Source of the DNA: Nitrososphaerota archaeon | GTDB lineage: Archaea; Thermoproteota; Nitrososphaeria; Nitrososphaerales; Nitrosopumilaceae | Assembly (NCBI GenBank): GCA_021325595.1 | Contig: JAJPGX010000030.1 | Span: forward strand, 47,824-79,823 | Direction: 5' to 3' | DNA length: 32,000 nucleotides | Part shown: positions 24,219-32,000 of the stretch, piece after piece | Numbering within the stretch: position 1 is the stretch's first letter | How the letters are laid out: every line of letters begins with the position of its first letter | Translations under genes and position numbers: made by a program | Notes under the pieces: model-generated | The model's database searches: none | Told to the model about the DNA's origin: nothing | The model's input: only the letters and a program-made list of their open reading frames with translations

Positions 24219-25401
24219 TTTTGTCTAGGTACCTCTGAACAACTTCTACGTCCTTGTCTCCTCTTCCAGATAAAGTAATTACAATAGTTTCGTTTTTTGA
24301 CATTTTCTTTGCTTTCTTTATTGCGTGAGCAACTGCATGCGATGACTCTAATGCTGGTATGATTCCTTCATATTTTGCAAGTGTAATAAATGCCTGAACC
24401 GCTTCTTTATCACTTACAGTTTCATATCTCACTCGTTTCGAATCTTTAAGATAAGAGTGTTCAGGACCAACTCCGGGATAATCTAAACCAGCTGCTATAC
24501 TATGTGTATCTAAAATTTGTCCTTCTTTGTCTTGAAGAAGATATGTCAACATGCCATGAAGAATACCTTTTGATCCTGCAGCAAGAGTTGCAGAGTGATG
24601 TTCTGTTTTAATTCCTAATCCTCCTGCTTCTATTCCAAACATTTCTGTATCTTCATCAATTAATGGATAAAATGTACCAATTGCATTTGACCCTCCTCCC
24701 ACACATGCGACTACAGCATCAGGTGATTTTTTTCTCAATTTTTTCATCTGCTCTTGTATTTCTTTTCCAATTACGGATTGAAAATCACGAACCATGACTG
24801 GATATGGATGTGGACCAACAGCAGAACCAAGTAAATAGTAAGTTGTTTTTACATTTGTTATCCAATCACGTATAGCTTCATTGATTGCATCTTTAAGTGT
24901 CTGAGTACCTTCTTTTACCTCATGAACTTGAGACCCAAGTAATTTCATCCTAAATACATTTAGTTTCTGTCTTTGGGTGTCTTTGTAGCCCATGTAAACC
25001 TCGGATTGTAAACCAAGTGCAGCACATGCCATAGCTGTAGCTACTCCATGCTGGCCAGCTCCAGTTTCAGCAATAATGCGTTTCTTTTTCATTCTTTTTG
25101 CCAAAAGCGCCTGTCCGAGTGTGTTATTGATCTTATGCGCTCCACCGTGCAGCAAATCCTCTCTTTTAAGATAGATCTTTGCACCTCCTATGGATTCGGT
25201 GAGATTTTTTGCATAGTACAAAGGTGTTGGTCTTCCAGCATATTGGGTCAAGTAGTATTCCAGTTCTTTTTTGAAGCCTGGATCGTTTTTGTACTTGAGA
25301 TACGCCTCTTCAAGCTCTTCTACCGCAGGTACAAGCGTTTCAGGTATATATCTGCCACCAAACTCTCCAAATTTACCGTTTTTTGGGTAGCCTATTTTCA
25401 T
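24199..25401 (-). CDS. trpB: tryptophan synthase beta chain
   Basis: 400 aa. Contains HGGAHKINN (PLP Lys) and GGGSNAIG. It overlaps trpC by 4 nt. Confidence 0.95.
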   Translation of the reverse strand: MKIGYPKNGKFGEFGGRYIPETLVPAVEELEEAYLKYKNDPGFKKELEYYLTQYAGRPTPLYYAKNLTESIGGAKIYLKREDLLHGGAHKINNTLGQALLAKRMKKKRIIAETGAGQHGVATAMACAALGLQSEVYMGYKDTQRQKLNVFRMKLLGSQVHEVKEGTQTLKDAINEAIRDWITNVKTTYYLLGSAVGPHPYPVMVRDFQSVIGKEIQEQMKKLRKKSPDAVVACVGGGSNAIGTFYPLIDEDTEMFGIEAGGLGIKTEHHSATLAAGSKGILHGMLTYLLQDKEGQILDTHSIAAGLDYPGVGPEHSYLKDSKRVRYETVSDKEAVQAFITLAKYEGIIPALESSHAVAHAIKKAKKMSKNETIVITLSGRGDKDVEVVQRYLDKNVKNSR

Positions 25402-26171
25402 ATCGATGCAACCAACCTTGATACGACTCCCTTGATATCTTTAGTCTTCATTATGCTACTTCCCACCAAAAAGGCATCTGCGCCACAATTGTGAAGAAAC
25501 TGAATGTCTTTTGGTGTTTTTATGCCACTTTCTGATATTATAATCCTGTCCTTTGTAACTGCATCTAAAATGGTCTTAGTAGTATTTAGATCAATTTGCA
25601 GTGTATCCAAATCTCTATTGTTAATTCCTAAAATGTCGGCACTAGTTTTTGTAGAATCTGAAAATTCTTTTTTTGTATGTGCTTCTAATAAAACTAAAAG
25701 TTTCTTTTTGTGAGCATAATCTATAAACTCGTCAATATCTTTTGCAAATTTTTTATCAAATATTCCCTGAATCAATAAAATAACATCTGCGCCCAATTTT
25801 TCTGCAGCATCTATCTGTACCTTGTCGATCACTATATCTTTCATGAGCAGTGGAACTTTTACTGCATTTCTAATCTGAGAAAAATATTCTGGAGAACCAT
25901 TGAATAAATGTGGTTGTGTTAAAACTGATAGCCCTACAGCTCCGCCATCTACCATCGATTTGGCAATGGATGTTGGATCCACGATTTCACGAATATTTCC
26001 TAATGACGGTGATGAAAATTTTACTTCGGTAATTAATGACGCATGTTTGTTTTGTTTTATTTCATCAATCAGATTTTTATTAGATTTTTTGTTTTGATGC
26101 ATGATTTTGTATATTCCTTCTTCTATTGCTTTCTCCGAGTTCTGTGCTAATTGTGATAGCATATTTTTCAT
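25398..26171 (-). CDS. trpC: indole-3-glycerol-phosphate synthase (no fused TrpF domain)
   Basis: 257 aa, the monofunctional length. Contains [11 protein letters not shown]. It overlaps trpD by 4 nt. Confidence 0.9.
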   Translation of the reverse strand: MKNMLSQLAQNSEKAIEEGIYKIMHQNKKSNKNLIDEIKQNKHASLITEVKFSSPSLGNIREIVDPTSIAKSMVDGGAVGLSVLTQPHLFNGSPEYFSQIRNAVKVPLLMKDIVIDKVQIDAAEKLGADVILLIQGIFDKKFAKDIDEFIDYAHKKKLLVLLEAHTKKEFSDSTKTSADILGINNRDLDTLQIDLNTTKTILDAVTKDRIIISESGIKTPKDIQFLHNCGADAFLVGSSIMKTKDIKGVVSRLVASI

Positions 26172-27214
26172 CTCTTTTCTATCTCCTCAATCTTTGATAT
26201 GTCTCCATACTCTCGAATAAAATTTTTAAAAAGATCATATGCTTTTCCAGATTTGATAGTTTCCAGTGATTTCTTTACTGCATCGTTAAAGTCGTTTGAA
26301 AGTTCAGATACAATGAGACCTGCTGCTGAGTTTAACGCTACAGTTTCAATCATAGGACGACTCGCACTACCGTTGAGAACCTTAACAAAGGCCAAAATTG
26401 CCTGTTCTTTTGTCAAAACTTGAATATCCTCAAGTTTGGCTTTACTCAGTCCAACTTCAATTGGATTTAGTATTGTTGTAATTACTTCTCCTTTATGGAA
26501 ATAACAAATGTGATTTTTTGCAGTTGTGGATAGCTCATCAAGACCATCTTCTGATATGACCGTCATTATATTTTCAGAGCCATGTAATTTTAATAATTCA
26601 ACAATACGCGTAAGATATTCTTTTGAAAACACTCCAACTAATTGATTTTTTACATTTGCCGGATTGCATAATGGTCCAAGTAAATTGAATGCTGTTCTTT
26701 TTCCAATTGCTTTTCTTGCCTCGGAAATGTTCTTCATGGCGGGGTGAAATTTTTGAGCAAACATGAATCCTATTCCGAATTTTTCAATCATGTCTTCTAT
26801 TTTTTTTGGCTCCATGTTCAAATCATATCCAAAATATTCGACAACATCTGCACTTCCACTTGTTCCTGAAACAGAACGATTTCCATGCTTTGCTACTGAG
26901 CCATCTGATGCAGCTATGACAAATGCAGATGCGGTGGATATGTTAAACGTAGACATTTTGTCCCCCCCAGTTCCGCATACGTCTATTATTTTTCCTGTTC
27001 TTTTGGGCATTATGTGTATTGCATGTTCTTGCATCTTGTCTAGCATTGCAAGTAACTCTTCATCGGTTTCTTTTTTTTCCGTAAGGCTATTGAGAAATGC
27101 TATTGATTCTTGAGTTGTTACACTGCCTGCTAAAATCTCTTCCATTGCAGAAGCCATCTCATCATATGTGAGATTGGTTCTGTTTGAGAGCTTATTTGTT
27201 ATCTCGCCTATCAT
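26168..27214 (-). CDS. trpD: anthranilate phosphoribosyltransferase
   Basis: 348 aa. Contains DVCGTGGDKMSTFNISTA. The start overlaps the trpG 3' end by 23 nt. Confidence 0.9.
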   Translation of the reverse strand: MIGEITNKLSNRTNLTYDEMASAMEEILAGSVTTQESIAFLNSLTEKKETDEELLAMLDKMQEHAIHIMPKRTGKIIDVCGTGGDKMSTFNISTASAFVIAASDGSVAKHGNRSVSGTSGSADVVEYFGYDLNMEPKKIEDMIEKFGIGFMFAQKFHPAMKNISEARKAIGKRTAFNLLGPLCNPANVKNQLVGVFSKEYLTRIVELLKLHGSENIMTVISEDGLDELSTTAKNHICYFHKGEVITTILNPIEVGLSKAKLEDIQVLTKEQAILAFVKVLNGSASRPMIETVALNSAAGLIVSELSNDFNDAVKKSLETIKSGKAYDLFKNFIREYGDISKIEEIEKR

Positions 27215-27797
27215 TTTTGATCAACTTTATAAAATTGGCTAGGATCTTCTTTCCTTCACCTGTCATGATAGACTCGGGATGAAATTGCACTCCTTCTATG
27301 AGGTATTTTTTGTGGCTGATTGCCATTATTTCTTTGTCATCTAGTGCAACAGCAGTAACTTTTAGCTCATCGGGAAGTACTGTCTTGTCTCCTACAAGTG
27401 AGTGATATCTTGTGGCTCTGAATGGATTCTGTACGCCTTCAAAGAGAGGGTCTGTAGTATATTCTACGAGGCTTGTCTTTCCGTGTCTTACATGTCCTGC
27501 ATTGACAACCTTTCCTCCAAATGCGTGTATTATTCCCTGATGGCCAAGGCAAACCCCTAGTATTGGGGTTGTCGGACCAAGATCTTTGATTACTTTGGTG
27601 CATATTCCAAAATATTTTTCATCTTCGGGCGTTCCAGGACCAGGTGATATAATTATTGCATCATAATTTCCTTTTTTAATTTCTTCAATTGTTATCTTGT
27701 CATTTCTTATTACATCTGAGGTAACATCTAACTCTCCGAGTATCTGAGCTATGTTGTATACAAAGGAATCATAATTGTCTATGATTAGAAATTTCAT
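27192..27797 (-). CDS. trpG: anthranilate synthase component II (glutamine amidotransferase)
   Basis: Contains GVCLGHQ and HPES. The start is set at ATG 27797 (MKFLIIDNYDSF), which forms an ATGA overlap with the trpE stop. The track's 20-codon N-terminal extension lies inside trpE. Confidence 0.9.
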   Translation of the reverse strand: MKFLIIDNYDSFVYNIAQILGELDVTSDVIRNDKITIEEIKKGNYDAIIISPGPGTPEDEKYFGICTKVIKDLGPTTPILGVCLGHQGIIHAFGGKVVNAGHVRHGKTSLVEYTTDPLFEGVQNPFRATRYHSLVGDKTVLPDELKVTAVALDDKEIMAISHKKYLIEGVQFHPESIMTGEGKKILANFIKLIKNDRRDNK

Positions 27798-29149
27798 TTG
27801 GACGCCTCCTTTAATGCTGTAATCATTGCGTTTGCTTTGTGTTGTGTTTCTAGCCATTCATTTTCAGCAACCGAATCAGATACTATGCCAGCACCGGTTT
27901 GAACAAATCCTTTGTTACCATCTAAGAAAATTGTTCTAATCGCAATTGCAAAATCACAACAGCCATTGAAAGAGAAGTATCCCACTGCTCCAGCATAAGG
28001 TCCTCTTGCATCTGGTTCCAATTCATCTATGATTTCCATTGCTCTGATCTTTGGTGCTCCAGATACAGTTCCCGCTGGAAATACTGCCTTGATGCCATCA
28101 AATACATCGTATTTTTTATCTAACGTTCCAATCACATGAGTTACCATATGTTGTACATGGCTGAATCTTTTTACAGCCATCAATTCTTTTACATATACTG
28201 TGCCGTATTTGCAAACACGTCCTATGTCGTTACGTCCTAGATCCACTAACATAGTGTGTTCTGCAAGTTCCTTCTCATCATGTAGTAACTCTTCCTTGAG
28301 TTGTTCATTTCGCGTTTCATCTTGTGTGATTGGTCTTGTTCCAGCAATAGGAAAGGTTTCTACAACACTTCCCGTGATTCGCAACAACATTTCTGGGCTG
28401 GAACCAATTATGGTCCTAGAACCCAATTTCATGTGGTAGAGATATGGTGATGGATTTATCTGTCTGAGAATCTTGTACACCTTAAGATAGTCCCCACTTG
28501 CCTCAAAATTGAATTTTCTTGATAATACTACTTGGAATATGTCTCCATCATGAATGTATTTCTTTGATTGGTTAACCATTTCTGTAAATCGTTCTTTGTT
28601 CAAGTTCTCAAATATCTCTGTGATGCTAAATTCATCGAATTCGGTTTTGTTAAACGATAATCCCTTAATTCTATTTTTGTCATAATAGAAATAGAACGAT
28701 TTTTTTTCTTTATTGTCATATAGTATCCCATCTGTGTAAACCCCAAATTCCATTAAGATGTCCTTGTTACTTTTGTGTGCATCTGGAATTTTTTCCCATA
28801 ACCTAATTGCATCATAGTTTATGATACCTACTGCTCCCCCAACGTACCTGTATTTTTGATCCGAAACCTGATACAAAAATTTCTTTATTTCTGATAATGG
28901 ATCAGTAGTCTGGATTGTCATGGATCCTCCTTTTTTATAGTGAATTACAATCTTGTCCGCATACCCTTTGATGATAATTGATGGATCAAATCCCATCAAT
29001 GATGTTTCTGCTAGTTCTTCGGGACCTGTTAATGACTCAAACAGAAATGAATAGTCATAATCGCGTGAAATCTTATTATATAGATCAAATTGGGAGCCAG
29101 AATAATCTAGAGGTATTATCTTAAGGCTTGAATGCCCAAATGTGGCCAC
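27794..29149 (-). CDS. trpE: anthranilate synthase component I
   Basis: 451 aa with a GTG start. Chorismate-binding family signatures are present (GAVGYFSFNG..DFAIAIRT and GAGIVSDS). A TATTTAAAAT box is centred about 31 nt upstream. Confidence 0.9.
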   Translation of the reverse strand: MATFGHSSLKIIPLDYSGSQFDLYNKISRDYDYSFLFESLTGPEELAETSLMGFDPSIIIKGYADKIVIHYKKGGSMTIQTTDPLSEIKKFLYQVSDQKYRYVGGAVGIINYDAIRLWEKIPDAHKSNKDILMEFGVYTDGILYDNKEKKSFYFYYDKNRIKGLSFNKTEFDEFSITEIFENLNKERFTEMVNQSKKYIHDGDIFQVVLSRKFNFEASGDYLKVYKILRQINPSPYLYHMKLGSRTIIGSSPEMLLRITGSVVETFPIAGTRPITQDETRNEQLKEELLHDEKELAEHTMLVDLGRNDIGRVCKYGTVYVKELMAVKRFSHVQHMVTHVIGTLDKKYDVFDGIKAVFPAGTVSGAPKIRAMEIIDELEPDARGPYAGAVGYFSFNGCCDFAIAIRTIFLDGNKGFVQTGAGIVSDSVAENEWLETQHKANAMITALKEASK

Positions 29150-29196
29150 CCATACAAATCGTGCCTTTGTAACTCTATTTAAAATTACTCCAATAT

Positions 29197-29213
29197 TACG
29201 GTATAGTACGGTA
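29197..29213. promoter_or_regulatory. tandem direct repeat TACGGTA-N3-TACGGTA (10-nt period) between the divergent trpE and 78-aa ORF starts
   Basis: Exact heptamers lie at 29197-29203 and 29207-29213. They sit between the putative TATA (AATATTA, 29192-29198) and the ATG (29221) of the 78-aa ORF. They are 48-64 nt upstream of the trpE GTG. Confidence 0.35.
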
Positions 29214-29220
29214 CCTTTAT

Positions 29221-29457
29221 ATGCGATCTTGCCGAAGATATAGCATGTCCCAGATACTGGTATCTAAAAATAGAAGGGAAGAATTGTTGGTGCAAGACCT
29301 GTATTTTCAACCTCAAAGGGTACCGGTGAAGACAACTGCTCAATATGCATCATGTGCAATTTGTGAGAAGAGCCTCCAAGATGGTGTTTCAATCACAGCC
29401 AAAAAAGTTGGACTAAAAATACGACTTTTCTGTCAAATGCATATGCCTCCCGAATAA
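29221..29457 (+). CDS. 78-aa small zinc-finger protein (C-x2-C-x22-C-x2-H), divergent from trpE
   Basis: The segment ASCAICEKSLQDGVSITAKKVGLKIRLFCQMH aligns by eye with AKCNVTGCDKDGMRSLTTSKVEG...VLCKEH of the 70-aa ORF. An AATATTA box lies about 26 nt upstream of the ATG. Confidence 0.45.
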   Translation: MRSCRRYSMSQILVSKNRREELLVQDLYFQPQRVPVKTTAQYASCAICEKSLQDGVSITAKKVGLKIRLFCQMHMPPE

Positions 29458-29463
29458 ATTGTT

Positions 29464-31140
29464 TTACCACTTTGGTTTTGTAATGGCACCTTCTGATGCT
29501 GAGGTGACAAGGGATGCATATTTTGCAAGAGCTCCGCTTTCATAATTTGGTTTGTGTGGCTTCCATTCTTTTCTTCTCTGTTCTAATTCACTTTCTGAAA
29601 CCAACATGTCTATGGTATTTTTTTCAAGATTGATCAATATTTCATCACCTTCTTTTACTAATGCAATATTACCGCCAACTGCTGCTTCAGGAGAAACGTG
29701 ACCTATCATGAATCCTCTTGTTGCTCCTGAAAACCTTCCGTCTGTTATCAAAGCTACTTTTTCTCCCAAGTTTTGACCAACAAGAGCGGCTGTTACTCCT
29801 AGCATCTCTCTCATCCCTGGGCCACCTTTTGGTCCCTCATATCTTATCACTATCACATCATTTTCTTTTATCTGTCTTTTTGAAATTGCGTCAAACGCAT
29901 CTTCTTCTCTGTCAAATACGTGCGCTTTTCCTCTGAATTCTATTTTTTTAACTCCAGCTACTTTTACTACTGCACCATCTGGAGCAAGTGAGCCTCGAAG
30001 TATTGTGAGAGTTCCAACTTCATGAATTGGCGCTTCAATTGATTTTAAAACTTTTTGATTTGTATCATAGGTCAACTGTATTGAATCAAGATTTTGTTTC
30101 ATAGTTTTTCCTGTTACTGTAATTACATTTTCGTTGAGGAGATTTTTCTTTTGTAAGCTCTTCATCAATAATGGAATTCCGCCTATTTTATCAAGATCTA
30201 ACATTACATACTGTCCGCCAGGTCTCATGTCTGCAATATGCGGTGTTCTCTTTCTTATCTTCTCAAAATCATCTAAAGTTAGATTTACTCCTGCTTCACG
30301 TGAAAGGGCTAGTAAGTGTAACACTGCATTTGTGGAACCACCTATTGCATTTGCCACCGTTATTGCATTTTCAAATGACTCGTACGTCAGAATATCTCTT
30401 GGTCTTATTCCATTTTCAAGCAAATTCATGACTGCCTGACCACTCTGGTATACAATTTTTTCTCTTCGGGGGTCTTCTGCAGGTGGTGATGCATTTCCTG
30501 GAAGAGCCAGTCCGATTGCTTCACTAATTGAAGCCATTGTATTGGCAGTATACATTCCACCACACGAACCAGAGCTTGGGCATGCCACATTTTCTAAATT
30601 CTTCAAATCTTCTAATGTCAATTGACCAGCATCATATGATCCAACTGCTTCGTATACGTCTTGAATTGTTACTTGTTTTCCCTCGTAAATGCCAGGCATT
30701 ATTGTTCCGCCATATACAAAGACGGAAGGTAAATTGAGGCGTGCCATTGCCATCATTGCACCCGGCAAGCTTTTATCACAGCCTGCAATTCCTACTAGTC
30801 CATCATATTGATGAGCTCTAACCATCAATTCAATTGAATCCGCAATAATCTCTCTACTAACAAGTGAGGATTTCATTCCTTCATGACCCATTGCAATTCC
30901 ATCGCTTACTGCAATTGTTGAAAACTCTCTAGGAGTTCCACCTGATGCTTCAACTCCAGCTTTTGCATGAATTGCTAGTCTACCAAGATGTATGTTACAT
31001 GGAGTTGCTTCATTGCCACTATGTGATACTCCAATGAACGGCTTTCCTAAATCGTCGTCATTTAGACCCATGGCTTTGTACATGGCACGGTGAGGTGCTC
31101 TGGATGGCCCTTCTACTACGTTTCTGCTTGATATTTCCAT
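29464..31140 (-). CDS. ilvD: dihydroxy-acid dehydratase
   Basis: Contains [31 protein letters not shown] and the Fe-S Cys ligands. The start is set at ATG 31140 (MEISSRNV) because AAAATTATA (minus sense, about 31164-31172) lies about 28 nt upstream. The track's 16-codon extension would run through that box. Confidence 0.95.
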   Translation of the reverse strand: MEISSRNVVEGPSRAPHRAMYKAMGLNDDDLGKPFIGVSHSGNEATPCNIHLGRLAIHAKAGVEASGGTPREFSTIAVSDGIAMGHEGMKSSLVSREIIADSIELMVRAHQYDGLVGIAGCDKSLPGAMMAMARLNLPSVFVYGGTIMPGIYEGKQVTIQDVYEAVGSYDAGQLTLEDLKNLENVACPSSGSCGGMYTANTMASISEAIGLALPGNASPPAEDPRREKIVYQSGQAVMNLLENGIRPRDILTYESFENAITVANAIGGSTNAVLHLLALSREAGVNLTLDDFEKIRKRTPHIADMRPGGQYVMLDLDKIGGIPLLMKSLQKKNLLNENVITVTGKTMKQNLDSIQLTYDTNQKVLKSIEAPIHEVGTLTILRGSLAPDGAVVKVAGVKKIEFRGKAHVFDREEDAFDAISKRQIKENDVIVIRYEGPKGGPGMREMLGVTAALVGQNLGEKVALITDGRFSGATRGFMIGHVSPEAAVGGNIALVKEGDEILINLEKNTIDMLVSESELEQRRKEWKPHKPNYESGALAKYASLVTSASEGAITKPKW

Positions 31141-31194
31141 TAGAATACGGTAGAAGAATCTATGGTATAATTTTAGCTTTGCATTCAAAAGTAT

Positions 31195-31211
31195 GAATTC
31201 TACGCGTTTTT
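31195..31211 (+). promoter_or_regulatory. second copy of GAATTCTACGCGTTTTT, abutting the TATA box of the FN3 surface-protein gene
   Basis: Identical to 17054-17070. It ends 27 nt upstream of the ATG at 31239. Confidence 0.5.
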
Positions 31212-31238
31212 AATAATCAGGAATATCAAAATTACGAT

Positions 31239-32000
31239 ATGAATAGAAAGGATATGAGCATACTGGCTTGCATTTCTATCTTGGCAATGGGAACGATTCT
31301 TCCTGCATATGCTGAAGTTTCGTCTCTTAAGACTAATAGTGTATTTTACAAAGGTGGAAGCAAAATCTATTTCTCAGGAACAATCGGTGCAGATGATCCT
31401 TCTGGAGTGACCCTGACGATTTTTAACCCAAATGGACAATTCATATTATTATCATCTGCAATAGCCGACAGCAGTCATAACTTTCAGATAATCGTAGATA
31501 CTAGTGTTTCAGATAACCAACAAAAATTCTCAGTTAAGGGTATGTACAACGCCACTGCGTTTGTTCTCAACAAAGAAAATGGTAAAACTGTAAGTTTTGT
31601 TTTTTCGCCTGATGGTTCTCCAATCACACCGTCTTCGCCAGTTGATCTAACAGCTAGCGTGAGTTCTTCGAATGTGATTAATCTAAAATGGGTTGCTCCT
31701 ACCAATAACGGTGGTGCGCAAATCACTGGATACAAAATAGAAAGAAATGATGGGAGCGGTTTTGTTGCAATTCAGACTATACAAGAAACCACTTACCAAG
31801 ATACAGGACTGTCATCAGCAAAAAGCTACTCTTACCGTGTATCTGCAATAAACGCTGCTGGAACAAGTGAGCCTTCTAATGTTGTTAGCGCTACCACATT
31901 CTCAGTACAACCTCCAACCGCGCAATCCACAGGTTTAAGTTCATCTGGTTCATCAAGTTCCTCATCTACTCCATCTCTAGAAGATTTGATTCAACAAAGA
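31239..32000 (+). CDS. secreted surface protein with fibronectin type III domain and Ser-rich linker; C-terminus beyond window
   Basis: The ORF is open to the right edge, so it is absent from the track. The signal-like N-terminus is MNRKDMSILACISILAMGTILPAYA. The FN3 signature is NLKWVAPTNNGGAQITGYKIERNDG...YSYRVSAINAAGTSEPS. It is followed by SSSGSSSSSSTPS. Confidence 0.8.
   Translation, partial: MNRKDMSILACISILAMGTILPAYAEVSSLKTNSVFYKGGSKIYFSGTIGADDPSGVTLTIFNPNGQFILLSSAIADSSHNFQIIVDTSVSDNQQKFSVKGMYNATAFVLNKENGKTVSFVFSPDGSPITPSSPVDLTASVSSSNVINLKWVAPTNNGGAQITGYKIERNDGSGFVAIQTIQETTYQDTGLSSAKSYSYRVSAINAAGTSEPSNVVSATTFSVQPPTAQSTGLSSSGSSSSSSTPSLEDLIQQR

Noticed and set aside
27798-27857. N-terminal extensions in the track for trpG (20 codons), ilvD (16 codons, 31141-31188), the PfkB kinase (18 codons, 19819-19872), ppa (4 codons) and the CDP-alcohol transferase (7 codons).
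   Set aside because: The extensions lie inside upstream genes or across promoter boxes and do not match the usual family N-termini. The shorter ATG starts fit the coupling or TATA spacing.
29150-29220. Search for a Trp-codon-rich leader peptide or attenuator upstream of trpE.
   Set aside because: Only trivial mini-ORFs are present (MLYLRQDRI, and an out-of-frame MGGHIWAFKP overlapping the trpE start). There are no tandem Trp codons and no terminator-like hairpin.
29207-29329. Alternative frame in the trpE upstream region that reads ...ICDLAEDIACPRYWYLKIEGKNCWCKTCIFNLKGYR, which looks like a zinc ribbon.
   Set aside because: The open frame contains no ATG, GTG or TTG start after the upstream stop at 29204-29206. 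The overlapping 78-aa frame has a start, promoter spacing and a paralog.
1-32000. CRISPR arrays, rRNA and tRNA genes, IS elements or transposases, integrases, toxin-antitoxin pairs and known defence genes.
   Set aside because: I saw no regularly spaced direct repeats, no long GC-rich structured RNA regions, and no transposase, integrase or nuclease-ATPase signatures in any frame. The only mobile-element hint is the weak Cas1-like fragment reported above.

Overview
Visibly AT-rich, tightly packed archaeal chromosome segment. Archaeal markers are TFB, ribosomal protein eS26, deoxyhypusine synthase, pyruvoyl arginine decarboxylase, an archaeal-type AspRS and a CDP-alcohol phosphatidyltransferase. 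Gene content and style suggest a Nitrosopumilales-like thaumarchaeon, but that is inference only. Most of the window is core metabolism. On the minus strand there is an ilvB-ilvN-leuA-leuB operon (1523-6234), a translationally coupled trpE-G-D-C-B-A operon (23406-29149) followed directly by pyrG, and ilvD. Other recognisable genes are aspS (partial), ppa, a Bcp-like peroxiredoxin, pdaD, pepF, dhys, a PfkB kinase, an NAD kinase, a DhnA-type aldolase and a Zn-dependent dehydrogenase. I see no rRNA or tRNA gene, no CRISPR array, no intact mobile element and no recognisable defence system. The second-look items are small-scale. (1) A set of small Cys/His zinc-finger ORFs, three of them below the 60-aa track cutoff. 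At least three share a C-terminal (L/V/F)-C-(K/Q)-x-H motif, and one is divergent from trpE. (2) An NAD kinase with a C-terminal winged-helix domain, in an apparent operon with a 35-aa zinc ribbon and a PfkB kinase. (3) An identical 17-nt element in the BRE/upstream position of two unrelated promoters. (4) A perfect palindrome over the ilvB TATA position, preceded by a Leu/Ile-rich mini-ORF. (5) An orphan gene pair whose 57-aa member looks like a Cas1 N-terminal fragment, next to about 300 bp of non-coding sequence with degenerate tandem repeats and a GC-rich stem-loop. AT-rich TATA-like boxes sit 23-32 nt upstream of most first-in-unit start codons, which suggests mostly leaderless mRNAs. I used this spacing to refine several starts. 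All functional calls come from reading the translations by eye; no database search was run.
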